From the NCBI GenBank assembly GCA_964529155.1, contig CAZGVV010000008.1:1-45260 (forward strand): a DNA stretch of 45,260 nucleotides, written 5' to 3'. A model generated the notes under the pieces. It was not told the origin of the DNA. It ran no database searches and saw nothing but the letters and a program-made list of their open reading frames with translations. Both the position numbers and the translations under genes were made by a program. This document shows, piece by piece, positions 10,416-20,296 of this stretch. The stretch's first letter is position 1; each line of letters begins with the position of its first letter. Origin of the DNA: an uncultured Rickettsiales bacterium. GTDB taxonomy: Bacteria; Pseudomonadota; Alphaproteobacteria; Rickettsiales; SXRF01.

Positions 10416-11309
10416 ATGAATACAGATGCTTCTACTCCTAAATCACCGGCCAGTCAAACACCGCTGACGTTTCCTAGCGTTTCACTGAAAGCGGGCCTGT
10501 ATTTGGTGGCGACGCCCATTGGTAATTTGGGTGATATTACGCTGCGGGCGCTTTCGGTTTTGCATGCTGCCGCTGTGGTGGCGTGTGAGGACACGCGCGT
10601 AAGCGCTAAATTATTACGGCATTACGGTATTGCAACCAGGCTGGAGGCATATCATGAGCATAATGCCGAGCGAAAACGCCCGGAACTCTTGGCGCGTATT
10701 GCCCAGGGCAGCACTGTGGCCTTGATCTCGGACGCAGGCACACCGCTGATTTCCGATCCTGGGTATAAGCTGGTCCGCGAAGCAGCGGCGCAAGGGTTGC
10801 ATGTCGAGGCATTACCGGGGCCTTCCAGCGTGATGGCCGCACTCTGCGTGGCGGCGCTTCCGACGGACCGGTTTTTATTCATTGGATTTTTGCCGAATAA
10901 AGAAGCAGCGCTACGTACTGCACTTACAGAAATAGCGCAAACACGTGCAACGCTCGTATGTTTTGAATCAGCGAAACGGCTGGCGGATTCATTATCTGTA
11001 TTGCATGCCGTGCTTGGGCCCAGGGACGCGGCTGTTACACGCGAGTTAACTAAGCTATATGAAGAAGTGCGGCGTGGCACTTTGCAGGAATTGGCGGAGC
11101 ATTATGCGCAAGCAGACGAGCCGCGCGGAGAAATCGTATTAGTTATCGGGCCGCCGCAACACCATGCGCCTGACCCGCAAACGCTGGATGCATTGCTGGT
11201 GGAATTACTGGGCAGCCTGTCAGTGAAGGATGCCGTAGCCGAGGCATGCCGCGTGTTGGATATGCCGCATAAACAGGTGTATAAACGTGCATTGGAATTA
11301 AAGCCGTGA
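10416..11309 (+). CDS. rsmI: 16S rRNA (cytidine1402-2'-O)-methyltransferase RsmI
   Basis: GLYLVATPIGNLGDITLRAL, ACEDTR, SDAGTPLISDPG. Tetrapyrrole-methylase fold typical of RsmI. 297 aa. Confidence 0.9.
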   Translation: MNTDASTPKSPASQTPLTFPSVSLKAGLYLVATPIGNLGDITLRALSVLHAAAVVACEDTRVSAKLLRHYGIATRLEAYHEHNAERKRPELLARIAQGSTVALISDAGTPLISDPGYKLVREAAAQGLHVEALPGPSSVMAALCVAALPTDRFLFIGFLPNKEAALRTALTEIAQTRATLVCFESAKRLADSLSVLHAVLGPRDAAVTRELTKLYEEVRRGTLQELAEHYAQADEPRGEIVLVIGPPQHHAPDPQTLDALLVELLGSLSVKDAVAEACRVLDMPHKQVYKRALELKP

Positions 11310-11677
11310 GCGCGCGCAAACAACAAGCACATGCGTTTGGCATAGCTGCAGAGCAGCTTTGCGCACAATATCTTACAGAAAAAGGCTATGCGATTTTAGG
11401 GGTGCGTGTACGGACCTCAGGCGGTGAAATTGACATTGTGGCCCGCCATGGCGATACGTTGGTAGTGGTGGAAGTGAAGGCACGCGCCAAGCATGAGTCA
11501 GCACTTTATTCCATAACGCCGCATAAACAAAAACGCCTGGCACAAGCGGCGGAAGCGTTGATGTCCGAGGAAATGATTGGACTTATCGGCACGGGCAGCC
11601 CTAATATGCGCTTTGATGCCATGATTGTAGCACCTGGCGAATCGCCATTTCATTTGGAGGACGCATGGAGACCTTAA
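11306..11677 (+). CDS. yraN: YraN family endonuclease-like protein (UPF0102)
   Basis: GGEIDIVARHGDTLVVVEVKAR and RFDAMIV motifs, 123 aa. The GTG start overlaps the rsmI TGA (GTGA). Confidence 0.8.
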   Translation: MSARKQQAHAFGIAAEQLCAQYLTEKGYAILGVRVRTSGGEIDIVARHGDTLVVVEVKARAKHESALYSITPHKQKRLAQAAEALMSEEMIGLIGTGSPNMRFDAMIVAPGESPFHLEDAWRP

Positions 11678-12258
11678 AACGCTTTTTGTTAATTATGCTG
11701 GTTACCAACGTCATGACAGGATGCGTGCCCGTTCTTATCGGCGGCGGCATGGAAGGCGCGGTGGTGGCCTCACAAGAGCGCACGGCGGGTCATGCTGTCG
11801 ATGATGCAACGATTTTCGTCAAAATCAAAGCGTCTTTCGCACAAAACAATTCCAGCGATTTGTTTGCCAACGTGGATGTTAAAGTGGTGGAAGGGCGCGT
11901 ACTTTTAACCGGAAATGTGGATAAGCCGGAAACGCAAGTGAATGCGGTGGACCTGACATGGAAAATAAATGGCGTTAAGGAAGTGATCAACGAAATCCAA
12001 ATTAATGATAAATCCGGATTTGGCAATTACGCACGCGATGTATGGATAAGCACGCAAGTGCGCACCAAATTCCTGCTTACTCGCGGTATTCGCTCCATCA
12101 ATTACTCGGTGATTACGGTGAATCAGTCGGTATATTTAATGGGCATTGCACAAGATCAGGCAGAGCTGGACCGCGCGATTGCCGTGGCAAGCAACGTAAG
12201 CTATGTGCAAAAAGTGATCAGCCATGTAACCCTGAAGGATGATCCAAGCAGGAAATAG
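11665..12258 (+). CDS. BON domain-containing lipoprotein (DolP/YraP-like)
   Basis: Lipobox VMTGC. Two BON-like segments (VKVVEGRVLLTGNV and VITVNQSVYLMGIA). Sits in the position of dolP in the lpoA-yraN cluster. Confidence 0.75.
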   Translation: METLKRFLLIMLVTNVMTGCVPVLIGGGMEGAVVASQERTAGHAVDDATIFVKIKASFAQNNSSDLFANVDVKVVEGRVLLTGNVDKPETQVNAVDLTWKINGVKEVINEIQINDKSGFGNYARDVWISTQVRTKFLLTRGIRSINYSVITVNQSVYLMGIAQDQAELDRAIAVASNVSYVQKVISHVTLKDDPSRK

Positions 12259-12271
12259 CCAGGCAGACATC

Positions 12272-13201
12272 ATGACTAAAATCATTGCCATCCAAGCGGA
12301 CCCGGTAGCTGGTTTAAATCGCTTATCGGACTCCACCTTGATGCTTGCCGAAGAAGCCCAAGCGCGTGGATTTTCATTGCATTGGTACGCACCACAGCAA
12401 CTCAGCCTGCGCCAAGGCGTTCCGGTGGCACAGGCGCAGCCATTTTTCTTAACACAAGGCGACGCTTGGTACAGACTTGAGACTGCATCCGCACTTCCTT
12501 TGCAGGAAGTGGATGTAGTGCTTATGCGCCAGGATCCACCGTTTGATATGGCGTATTTAACCGCCACCTATATGCTTGAGCGACTTCCTGGCTCAACGCA
12601 GGTGGTGAATCATCCCACAGAAGTACGAAATAACCCCGAGAAACTGTTTCCGCTCACTTTTTCAGAGTTTACTCCCCCCACACTTATTTCTGCTGATGTT
12701 ACTGATATTCGCGCTTTTCACCGTGAGCACGAGGAGATTGTTTTAAAACCGCTGTATAGCTTTGGCGGCCGCGCGGTTTTTCACATTCGTAAAGACGGCA
12801 GCAATTTAGAAGCGCTGCTGGAGATGATGTTTACATCCACACCTGAGCCATTAATCGCGCAGCGCTTTCTGCCAGAAGTCACTACAGGGGAGCGGCGTAT
12901 TGTATTAATTAATGGCGAAGTAGCCGGCGTGTTCGGTCGATTGCCGGCAAAAGGCGAAATTCGCTCTAATTTACGCATTGGCGGCACGCCTGTTGCCTGT
13001 GAACTGACGCCAAGACAGCGCGCCATTTGCGAGGCCGTGGGGCCTGTGCTGAAGAAAAAAGGCTTGTTGCTTGCCGGACTGGATACAATTGGTGATTGGC
13101 TGACAGAAATTAATGTTACCTCACCTACCGGACTACGCGCCATTGCCTCACTGTATGGAACGAACCCGGCAGCTCTGTTTTGGGATGCATTGGAGAAATA
13201 A
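12272..13201 (+). CDS. gshB: glutathione synthetase
   Basis: Prokaryotic GshB N-domain (KIIAIQADPVAGLN..DSTLMLAEEAQARG) followed by an ATP-grasp domain (RRIVLINGEV, EINVTSPTG). ATG 12272 lies after the BON gene stop. Confidence 0.9.
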   Translation: MTKIIAIQADPVAGLNRLSDSTLMLAEEAQARGFSLHWYAPQQLSLRQGVPVAQAQPFFLTQGDAWYRLETASALPLQEVDVVLMRQDPPFDMAYLTATYMLERLPGSTQVVNHPTEVRNNPEKLFPLTFSEFTPPTLISADVTDIRAFHREHEEIVLKPLYSFGGRAVFHIRKDGSNLEALLEMMFTSTPEPLIAQRFLPEVTTGERRIVLINGEVAGVFGRLPAKGEIRSNLRIGGTPVACELTPRQRAICEAVGPVLKKKGLLLAGLDTIGDWLTEINVTSPTGLRAIASLYGTNPAALFWDALEK

Positions 13202-13990
13202 TTACCCGGCTTTTCCACGCACAATAAATCCTGGATTTCCAAATCCAGGCTTGGCGTAGGTAAATGGCGTGCCGTCTATATTCGTCACACTTCCACCCGC
13301 CGCCTCGACAATGGCTTGCCCAGCTGCAGTGTCCCACTCCATTGTGCGGCCAAAACGAGGATATATATCGGCGCTGCCTTCGGCCACCCAACAAAATTTA
13401 ATGGCACTGGAGGACGGACGTATTTCTTGCACGTTCAGGTTCGATAAAAATGCGTTGGCCTGCGCTGCCGCTTTGGAGCGGCTACGGGTGATGATGGCGC
13501 CTTCAGGGGGAATGACACGGGCAGAAATCGGCTCTGGCTCACCGCCATCCGGCCAGCGGAATGCGCCTATTCCTGCACCACCATAATATAATACGCGGGA
13601 CACAGGGGCATACAGCACACCAAACGTCGCACGTGATTGTTCTATTAACCCGATATTTACCGTAAACTCCCCATCTCCGCGAACAAAACTTAAAGTGCCG
13701 TCCAGGGGATCAACCAAAAAAAATGTGCCCTGCGCATCCGGCGTTGCCATAGCCGCATCTTCTTCGGAAATGATAGGTATGTGCGGCACATCGCGCGTTA
13801 ACGATTCAAGAATCGCATGGTGCGCAGCAATGTCAGCCTCGGTTAAAGGGGAATGATCTTTTTTGGCTGTAGCTGTACGCGATCCGGCGTAATGCACCAT
13901 GATACATTTCCCCGCCTGACGGGCAGCTGCCGCGAGGGGCATAATGAGCGTTGCGTAATGCATATTTTTTATGTTAGTTACGTTACTCAT
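13202..13990 (-). CDS. cysQ: 3'(2'),5'-bisphosphate nucleotidase CysQ (inositol monophosphatase fold)
   Basis: SEEDAA, LVDPLDGT and WDTAAGQAIVEAAGG motifs. An alternative start at 13963 (MHYATL...) fits CysQ N-termini better and removes the overlap with the GDH start. Confidence 0.75.
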   Translation of the reverse strand: MSNVTNIKNMHYATLIMPLAAAARQAGKCIMVHYAGSRTATAKKDHSPLTEADIAAHHAILESLTRDVPHIPIISEEDAAMATPDAQGTFFLVDPLDGTLSFVRGDGEFTVNIGLIEQSRATFGVLYAPVSRVLYYGGAGIGAFRWPDGGEPEPISARVIPPEGAIITRSRSKAAAQANAFLSNLNVQEIRPSSSAIKFCWVAEGSADIYPRFGRTMEWDTAAGQAIVEAAGGSVTNIDGTPFTYAKPGFGNPGFIVRGKAG

Positions 13991-16900
13991 GAAGCCGCGT
14001 TATTTAGAAAGAGTCAATAGCTGCCTGAAAGATATTATTCAGGCGTTACCGCGTGGTGCAGCAGATATGCTGCGCGTTTTCACGCACCAGTTTTATGCCA
14101 AGATGCCATTGGCTGACTTGGAGCGCCTGGATCCGACACTGGCCGCAGCAATTGCTCGTTCGGCATTTGCTTTTTTTGAGCATCGCGAAAAAGGTGCACC
14201 GCAGATTCGCTTATTTACACCCACTATGCGCGAGCATGGATATGAAAGCCATCGCCTGGTTGTGGAGCTGCTCAATGACGACATGCCATTTCTGGTGGAC
14301 TCTTTAACAGCAGATTTGCTGCGTCGCGGGTTTACGCTGCACGAAATGATCCATCCGATTTTGCGGGTGAAACGTGACCGTAAAGGTGCACTGACGGAAG
14401 TAGTGCAAGACCCGCATGACGGCCGGGATATTCACAACGAGTCTTTAATTCATTTTGAATTGTCCCCGCTCCCTGCCGGTATGTCCGCAGAATTGCTGAA
14501 AGAAGATTTAGAGCGGGTACTTTCTTATATTCGTTCTGCGGTAAATGACTGGCCAACGATGACGAAAATCGTCGTAGAAGCGGCTAACAATTTTAAGCAT
14601 GTTTCTGATACACATGACGCAAAGACGGTGGAAGAAGCCCGCGACTTTCTGGTATGGCTGCGCGAGAAAAATTTTATTTTCTTAGGCTATGCCGATGACA
14701 GTAAAAAACTCGGTATTTGCGCACTTGAGCAAGCGCCGCCTGCACCGCGTAGCGTTGACGGCTTAGTCAGCGTCACCAAGTCCGATGGCCGTTCCATGGT
14801 GCACCGGGACGCATTGATGGATGTAGTCCAGCTTTCGCAACCAGGACGCGGTGGTGAACTGAAACCTGGCGGGCAGCTGGTTGGGTTGTTTACTTCATCA
14901 GTGTATTACCAAAGCGCAGACCAGATTCCTTTGGTGCGCAATAAAATCGCCCGTGTGCTTGGCCGTTCCGGCTATGATCTGGCAAGTCATGATGGAAAAG
15001 CATTGAAAGCCATTTTGGAATTCATGCCACGTGATGAATTATTCCAATATGATGAAGACGAGCTGTTTGAAACAGCACTGGGCATTTTGGCATTGGAAGC
15101 ACGGCCTGGGGTTCGCTTGTTCATTCGCCGCGATGCGCATGAGCGCTTCGTAAGTTGCTTGGCTTTTGTTCCACGCGAATATTTTACTACCGATTTACGC
15201 AAAACTATTATGAACGCGGTAAGTCATGCCTATCAAGGGGCCGTGGAGCATTTTGCAACGCAACTGAGCGACTCACCGCTGGCACGTTTGCATTTTGTAT
15301 TGCGCACCACGCCTGGATTCTTGCCGGATGTAGATATTGCAGCAGTAGAATCTGATATTGCACGCGCCACCCATTTATGGAGCGACGAGCTACGCACCTC
15401 ACTCACGCGCCGGTTTGGCGAGCAGCAGGCAGAGAGCTTGTTCCGTACATTCTCTTCATCTTTCCCCAATAGTTACACGGGGCGCTACGGTATTGATGCC
15501 ACGGTTTATGACATCGCTAAATGCACCGAAGCCCTTGGTGCCAATGGGTTAGTGGTAGATTTGTACCGCTTAAAAGACGAGCCGAATTTGCTGCACTTAA
15601 AGACCTATAATCCAAGCGAAGAAATCGCATTATCGGATATTCTTCCCGTGCTGGAAAATATGGGTTTTCGCGTCATTGATGAACATCCTTTCCTTATCAC
15701 GCCGCAAGCGACGGCGCATGTATGGATTCGTGACTTCAAACTTATGCTGGCGGAACCCGAAGCACTGACGTTGGATCATGTAAAGCCCTTGCTTGAAGAC
15801 GCATTACTCGCCGTGTGGAAGCGCACGATGGAAAATGACCGTTTCAATGCATTGGTGATTCGCGCTGGATTAAGCTGGCGTCAGGTAACGATGCTACGCG
15901 CATATGGCCGCTATTTAAAACAAATCAGTTTCACTTACGGGGAAATGGCGTTGGCATTGGCGTTGGCGGCACATCCGTCTATTACCAAGCTTATCGTTGC
16001 ACTATTCGTCGCACGCTTTGACCCAGAATGCACGGATGCTGCATCGCGGCAAGCGTATTTGGAATCGCAATTGGATGCCAAACTTGCTGAGGTCAACTCT
16101 TTAAGTGATGACCGCATTTTGCGGCAATATATTGCATTACTGCGCGCGACCATGCGCACCAATTATTTTCAGCAAAACAAGATCGGTGAATCACGGCCGG
16201 TGCTGTCGTTCAAATTCCTTTCTTCTGCTATTCCCGGCATCCCCGCACCTGTACCATTTATGGAAATTTTTGTGTATGGCGTGCGCGTGGAAGGCATCCA
16301 TTTACGCGGCGGCAAAGTAGCGCGCGGTGGGTTGCGCTGGTCTGATCGCGCGGAAGATTTCCGCACCGAAGTGCTTGGCTTAATGAAAGCACAGATGGTG
16401 AAAAACGCCGTGATTGTTCCGGTGGGCTCCAAAGGCGGATTCATTGTAAAACAACCGCAACCAACACGCGAAGCTTTCCAGGAAGAAGGCGTTGCGTGTT
16501 ACAAAATGTACCTCTCCGGCTTACTTGATATTACCGACAATATCGTCCGCGGTGCCGTCATGCCACCGGAACGGGTAGTGCGCCATGATGAGGATGATCC
16601 CTATTTGGTGGTCGCGGCGGATAAAGGCACAGCTAATTTCTCAGACATCGCCAATGGCGTGGCGCAAGCTTATCATTTCTGGCTGGATGACGCATTTGCT
16701 TCCGGTGGTTCTGCTGGATATGACCACAAAAAAATGGCTATCACTGCCCGCGGCGGATGGGTATCCGTTACCCGCCATTTCCGCGAAATGGGTGTGGATA
16801 TTGCAAACCATGAATTTACCTGTGTTGGCATTGGTGACATGGCCGGCGACGTGTTTGGAAACGGCATGTTGCTGTCTGACACCATGAAGCTGGTTGCAGC

Positions 16901-18695
16901 ATTCAACCATATGCATATTTTTATTGATCCCACCCCGGATCCCAAAAGCAGCTTTGAAGAACGCAAACGCCTGTTTAATTTACCGCGTTCCAGCTGGAAG
17001 GATTATGACGTTAAAAAAATCTCCAAGGGCGGCGGTATTTTTGAGCGCAGCAGCAAATCCATTTCGCTCAGCACACAAGCAAAGCTGGCCCTGGGTATTG
17101 AACAGGATATGCTGACACCCGATGAATTAATCCGGGCAATCTTGACGGCGCAGGTGGATTTATTATGGAATGGCGGCATCGGCACTTATGTAAAAGCCGA
17201 AGATGAAACGCATGATCAAGTAGGTGACCGAGCCAATAACGCCGTGCGTGTCAATGGCCGCGAATTGCGCTGCAAAGTAGTGGGTGAAGGCGGCAATTTG
17301 GGATTGACCCAAAAAGGCCGTATTGAATATGCGCGCATGACCGGGGGCCACATTAACACGGACGCCATCGATAATTCAGGCGGCGTCGATTGCTCTGATC
17401 ATGAAGTAAATATCAAGATCGCCTTCAGCAACGTGTTAAATACCGGGAAATTAAGCCGCGATCGCCGCGATCAATTACTTGTGCGCATGACCGATGAAGT
17501 GGCTGGACTGGTACTTAAAGACAATATTTTGCAGACACAAGCTATCTCGCTTGCACATGCTCAAGGTGCAGCAATGCTGGAATCGCATGCCCGTTTGATG
17601 CGGCGCTTGGAAAAGCAAGGGCTGCTGAACCGCGCTTTAGAATTCCTGCCCTCCGACCGGCAAATTAGCGAACTACGCACTTCAGGCAATGGCCTGACGC
17701 GCCCGGAATTGGCGGTACTGCTGGCTTATGCAAAAATTGCGCTATACCGTGAATTGATCGAATCTTCACTTCCTGATGAATCCTATTTCGCCGCGGATTT
17801 AGCACGCTACTTCCCAAAACCGATGCAAAAAGATTATGCCGCAGAAATTGAAGCTCACCCTCTGAAACGCGAAATTATTGGCACGATGGTAACCAACAGC
17901 CTGGTGAATCGCGCGGGTATTGCATTTTTCTTTGACATTGCCGATGACAGCAACCGTCCTTCCAGGGAAATTGCTGCAGCCTATACCCTGGCACGTGATG
18001 CATTTTCCTTACGCGATTTATGGGCGGATATTGAGGCCCAGCCCAACGTGGACGGCGGCATCCAAGCGGAAATGCTAACTGCGATCAATAACCTGGTGGA
18101 ACGGGTAACGCTGTGGTGCTTACGCCATTTGCCGGCCCCGATTAGCATTGAATCCACTATTACAGATCTGCGCGCCGGTATTGATGAATTCCGCCGTGCC
18201 TTATCCACAATGCATTCCCCCGCCACACGTGAAGCATATGAGCGTATCCGCACACATTTAGTGCAGGCAGGTGTAAGCGAAGCATTGGCGCAGGCGATTG
18301 CTAATTTAGACATGCTCGCTTCAGCATGCGATGTGATTGCCGTTGCGCATCAAGCTAACCGCAGCATTGCAAGCGTTGGTAACGCGTATTTTGCATTAGA
18401 AGCGCAGTTAGGCTTAGGTTGGTTGCGCGCTAATGCCTTATCCATGCGCCCTCACTCACATTGGGACCGTTTAGCCCTGCGGGCTTTGGTGCAGGATATT
18501 TTTGATGAACAGCGCCGCATTACGGCTGCTGCACTGGCATATAATGCTGATTCCGCACATGCGCTGCATCATTGGGCAGATGCACAAACGGATATCTTGT
18601 CACGCTATAACCGATTCCTGGAAGATTTGCGTACGCGTGAAACGCAGGAACTTTCAGCACTTTTGGTTGCACTTAAGCATGTAAGAATGCTGTAG
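13971..18695 (+). CDS. NAD-specific glutamate dehydrogenase (large Bac_GDH family, about 1600 aa)
   Basis: 1574-aa ORF with ARGGLRWSDRAEDFRTEVLGLMKAQMVKNAVIVPVGSKGGF, AADKGTANFSD and GEGGNLGLTQ. These are hallmark motifs of the giant NAD-GDH family. An alternative ATG is at 13989. Confidence 0.9.
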   Translation: MLVTLLMKPRYLERVNSCLKDIIQALPRGAADMLRVFTHQFYAKMPLADLERLDPTLAAAIARSAFAFFEHREKGAPQIRLFTPTMREHGYESHRLVVELLNDDMPFLVDSLTADLLRRGFTLHEMIHPILRVKRDRKGALTEVVQDPHDGRDIHNESLIHFELSPLPAGMSAELLKEDLERVLSYIRSAVNDWPTMTKIVVEAANNFKHVSDTHDAKTVEEARDFLVWLREKNFIFLGYADDSKKLGICALEQAPPAPRSVDGLVSVTKSDGRSMVHRDALMDVVQLSQPGRGGELKPGGQLVGLFTSSVYYQSADQIPLVRNKIARVLGRSGYDLASHDGKALKAILEFMPRDELFQYDEDELFETALGILALEARPGVRLFIRRDAHERFVSCLAFVPREYFTTDLRKTIMNAVSHAYQGAVEHFATQLSDSPLARLHFVLRTTPGFLPDVDIAAVESDIARATHLWSDELRTSLTRRFGEQQAESLFRTFSSSFPNSYTGRYGIDATVYDIAKCTEALGANGLVVDLYRLKDEPNLLHLKTYNPSEEIALSDILPVLENMGFRVIDEHPFLITPQATAHVWIRDFKLMLAEPEALTLDHVKPLLEDALLAVWKRTMENDRFNALVIRAGLSWRQVTMLRAYGRYLKQISFTYGEMALALALAAHPSITKLIVALFVARFDPECTDAASRQAYLESQLDAKLAEVNSLSDDRILRQYIALLRATMRTNYFQQNKIGESRPVLSFKFLSSAIPGIPAPVPFMEIFVYGVRVEGIHLRGGKVARGGLRWSDRAEDFRTEVLGLMKAQMVKNAVIVPVGSKGGFIVKQPQPTREAFQEEGVACYKMYLSGLLDITDNIVRGAVMPPERVVRHDEDDPYLVVAADKGTANFSDIANGVAQAYHFWLDDAFASGGSAGYDHKKMAITARGGWVSVTRHFREMGVDIANHEFTCVGIGDMAGDVFGNGMLLSDTMKLVAAFNHMHIFIDPTPDPKSSFEERKRLFNLPRSSWKDYDVKKISKGGGIFERSSKSISLSTQAKLALGIEQDMLTPDELIRAILTAQVDLLWNGGIGTYVKAEDETHDQVGDRANNAVRVNGRELRCKVVGEGGNLGLTQKGRIEYARMTGGHINTDAIDNSGGVDCSDHEVNIKIAFSNVLNTGKLSRDRRDQLLVRMTDEVAGLVLKDNILQTQAISLAHAQGAAMLESHARLMRRLEKQGLLNRALEFLPSDRQISELRTSGNGLTRPELAVLLAYAKIALYRELIESSLPDESYFAADLARYFPKPMQKDYAAEIEAHPLKREIIGTMVTNSLVNRAGIAFFFDIADDSNRPSREIAAAYTLARDAFSLRDLWADIEAQPNVDGGIQAEMLTAINNLVERVTLWCLRHLPAPISIESTITDLRAGIDEFRRALSTMHSPATREAYERIRTHLVQAGVSEALAQAIANLDMLASACDVIAVAHQANRSIASVGNAYFALEAQLGLGWLRANALSMRPHSHWDRLALRALVQDIFDEQRRITAAALAYNADSAHALHHWADAQTDILSRYNRFLEDLRTRETQELSALLVALKHVRML

Positions 18696-18732
18696 CGGAA
18701 TTAATCTTACACTACCTAATGCCGATAAATTT

Positions 18733-20274
18733 CTAATGCCTGAAATGGCGTATTCCCGTGAATACCATGCTTATCCCACGAGCATCCGCTTCTTGAATCA
18801 CTTCTTCGTCCCGGATGGAACCACCCGGCTGGATAACAGCAGAAATACCTGCTTCTGCAGCCATGACCACGTTATCAGCAAAGGGGAAAAAAGCGTCAGA
18901 AGCAAGAACAGCACCTTTTATATCCAATCCCGCTTCCTTCGCTTTCCAGCACGCTATGCGGGTGGAGTCAATACGGCTCATTTGACCGGCGCCGATGCCA
19001 ATAGTCGCACCATCCCGCACCAGCACGATGGCATTGGATTTTACATGCTTAGCAACGGTGAAAGCGAGCTTCATATCATTTAGTTGTGCAGGCGTAGCAT
19101 GGGTTTTTGTGATAGCTTTTAAGGTGCTCTCATCTAAAACCTGGGCATCATCCTGCTGATATAGAAATCCACCTGCCACACTACGCAGAGTCATGCGCGA
19201 CCGTTTGGCATCGGGTACTGTGCCGGTAAGCAATAAACGCAATTTTTTGCGAGTTTTTAATGCATCCAACGCGTCCGCTGTAGCAGAGGGCGCAATCAGA
19301 ACTTCGAGGAATATTTTACCTAATCCTTCTACAAAAGCACGCGTAATAGGCCGGTTCAATGCAATAATACCGCCATACGCCGAGACGGGATCACATGCAA
19401 GTGCTCTGCCGTATGCGTCTTCGATAGACGCCGCCACTGCCACGCCGCACGGATTAGCGTGTTTTACGATCACAACAGCGGGTTCAGAAAATTCTGCTAC
19501 CAATTCCAATGCCGCACTGGCATCGTTTAGATTGTTATAGCTGAGACGCTCACCGTGTGCGAGTTGAGCAGATGCCAAGGATGCGCCTGCCTCGGCCATG
19601 CCGTAAAATGCCGCTTGTTGATGCGGGTTTTCACCGTAGTGCAATGGCTGCACACGCCTACCGGTAACGGTTAATACCATCGGGAATAATTCACCGCGTT
19701 CGCGGGCGAACCATTGCGAAATAGCGGAATCATAAGCTGCGGTGCGGGCAAAGGCTTTGGCAGCGAGATATTGCTTAGTCCCGGCAGAAAGCAAACCACT
19801 TTTTTCTATTTCCTGCCTGATGGCATCGTAATCTGCTGGATCGGTCACAACTCCTACATGCGCATGATTCTTTGCTGCGGAGCGAATCATGGCGGGACCG
19901 CCAATATCAATATTTTCTACGCATTCCTCAAAACCTGCCCCACGGGCAACAGTGGCCTCGAACGGGTAAAGATTAATGACCACTAAATCGATTCCCTCAA
20001 TTCCATGCGCCTGCATAGCCGCAACGTGCGCCGGGTCATCCCGCTTACCCAGCAATCCGCCATGAATACGTGGATGTAAGGTTTTTACCCGCCCATCGAG
20101 CATTTCGGGAAAGCCGGTATATTCAGCCACTTCGGTAACGGGCAATCCTGCATCCCGTAATGCAAGCGCCGTTCCGCCGGTAGAAAGCAGCATAACTTTA
20201 CGATCGGCCAAGAAACGGGCAAATTCGATGAGACCGGTTTTGTCAGAAACGGAAAGCAGGGCACGCTGAATCAT
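18733..20274 (-). CDS. purH: bifunctional AICAR formyltransferase / IMP cyclohydrolase
   Basis: MGS-like N-domain ([24 protein letters not shown]) plus an AICARFT domain ending GIRHFRH. 513 aa. Confidence 0.95.
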   Translation of the reverse strand: MIQRALLSVSDKTGLIEFARFLADRKVMLLSTGGTALALRDAGLPVTEVAEYTGFPEMLDGRVKTLHPRIHGGLLGKRDDPAHVAAMQAHGIEGIDLVVINLYPFEATVARGAGFEECVENIDIGGPAMIRSAAKNHAHVGVVTDPADYDAIRQEIEKSGLLSAGTKQYLAAKAFARTAAYDSAISQWFARERGELFPMVLTVTGRRVQPLHYGENPHQQAAFYGMAEAGASLASAQLAHGERLSYNNLNDASAALELVAEFSEPAVVIVKHANPCGVAVAASIEDAYGRALACDPVSAYGGIIALNRPITRAFVEGLGKIFLEVLIAPSATADALDALKTRKKLRLLLTGTVPDAKRSRMTLRSVAGGFLYQQDDAQVLDESTLKAITKTHATPAQLNDMKLAFTVAKHVKSNAIVLVRDGATIGIGAGQMSRIDSTRIACWKAKEAGLDIKGAVLASDAFFPFADNVVMAAEAGISAVIQPGGSIRDEEVIQEADARGISMVFTGIRHFRH

Positions 20275-20296
20275 AAAATCCTAATACGTAATGTGG

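Noticed and set aside
10652-11080. 142-aa minus-strand ORF; similar antisense ORFs at 12136-12567, 12781-13242 and 25449-25877
   Set aside because: All are embedded antisense in well-supported genes (rsmI, gshB, sucB) and have Ala/Ser/Arg-rich composition.
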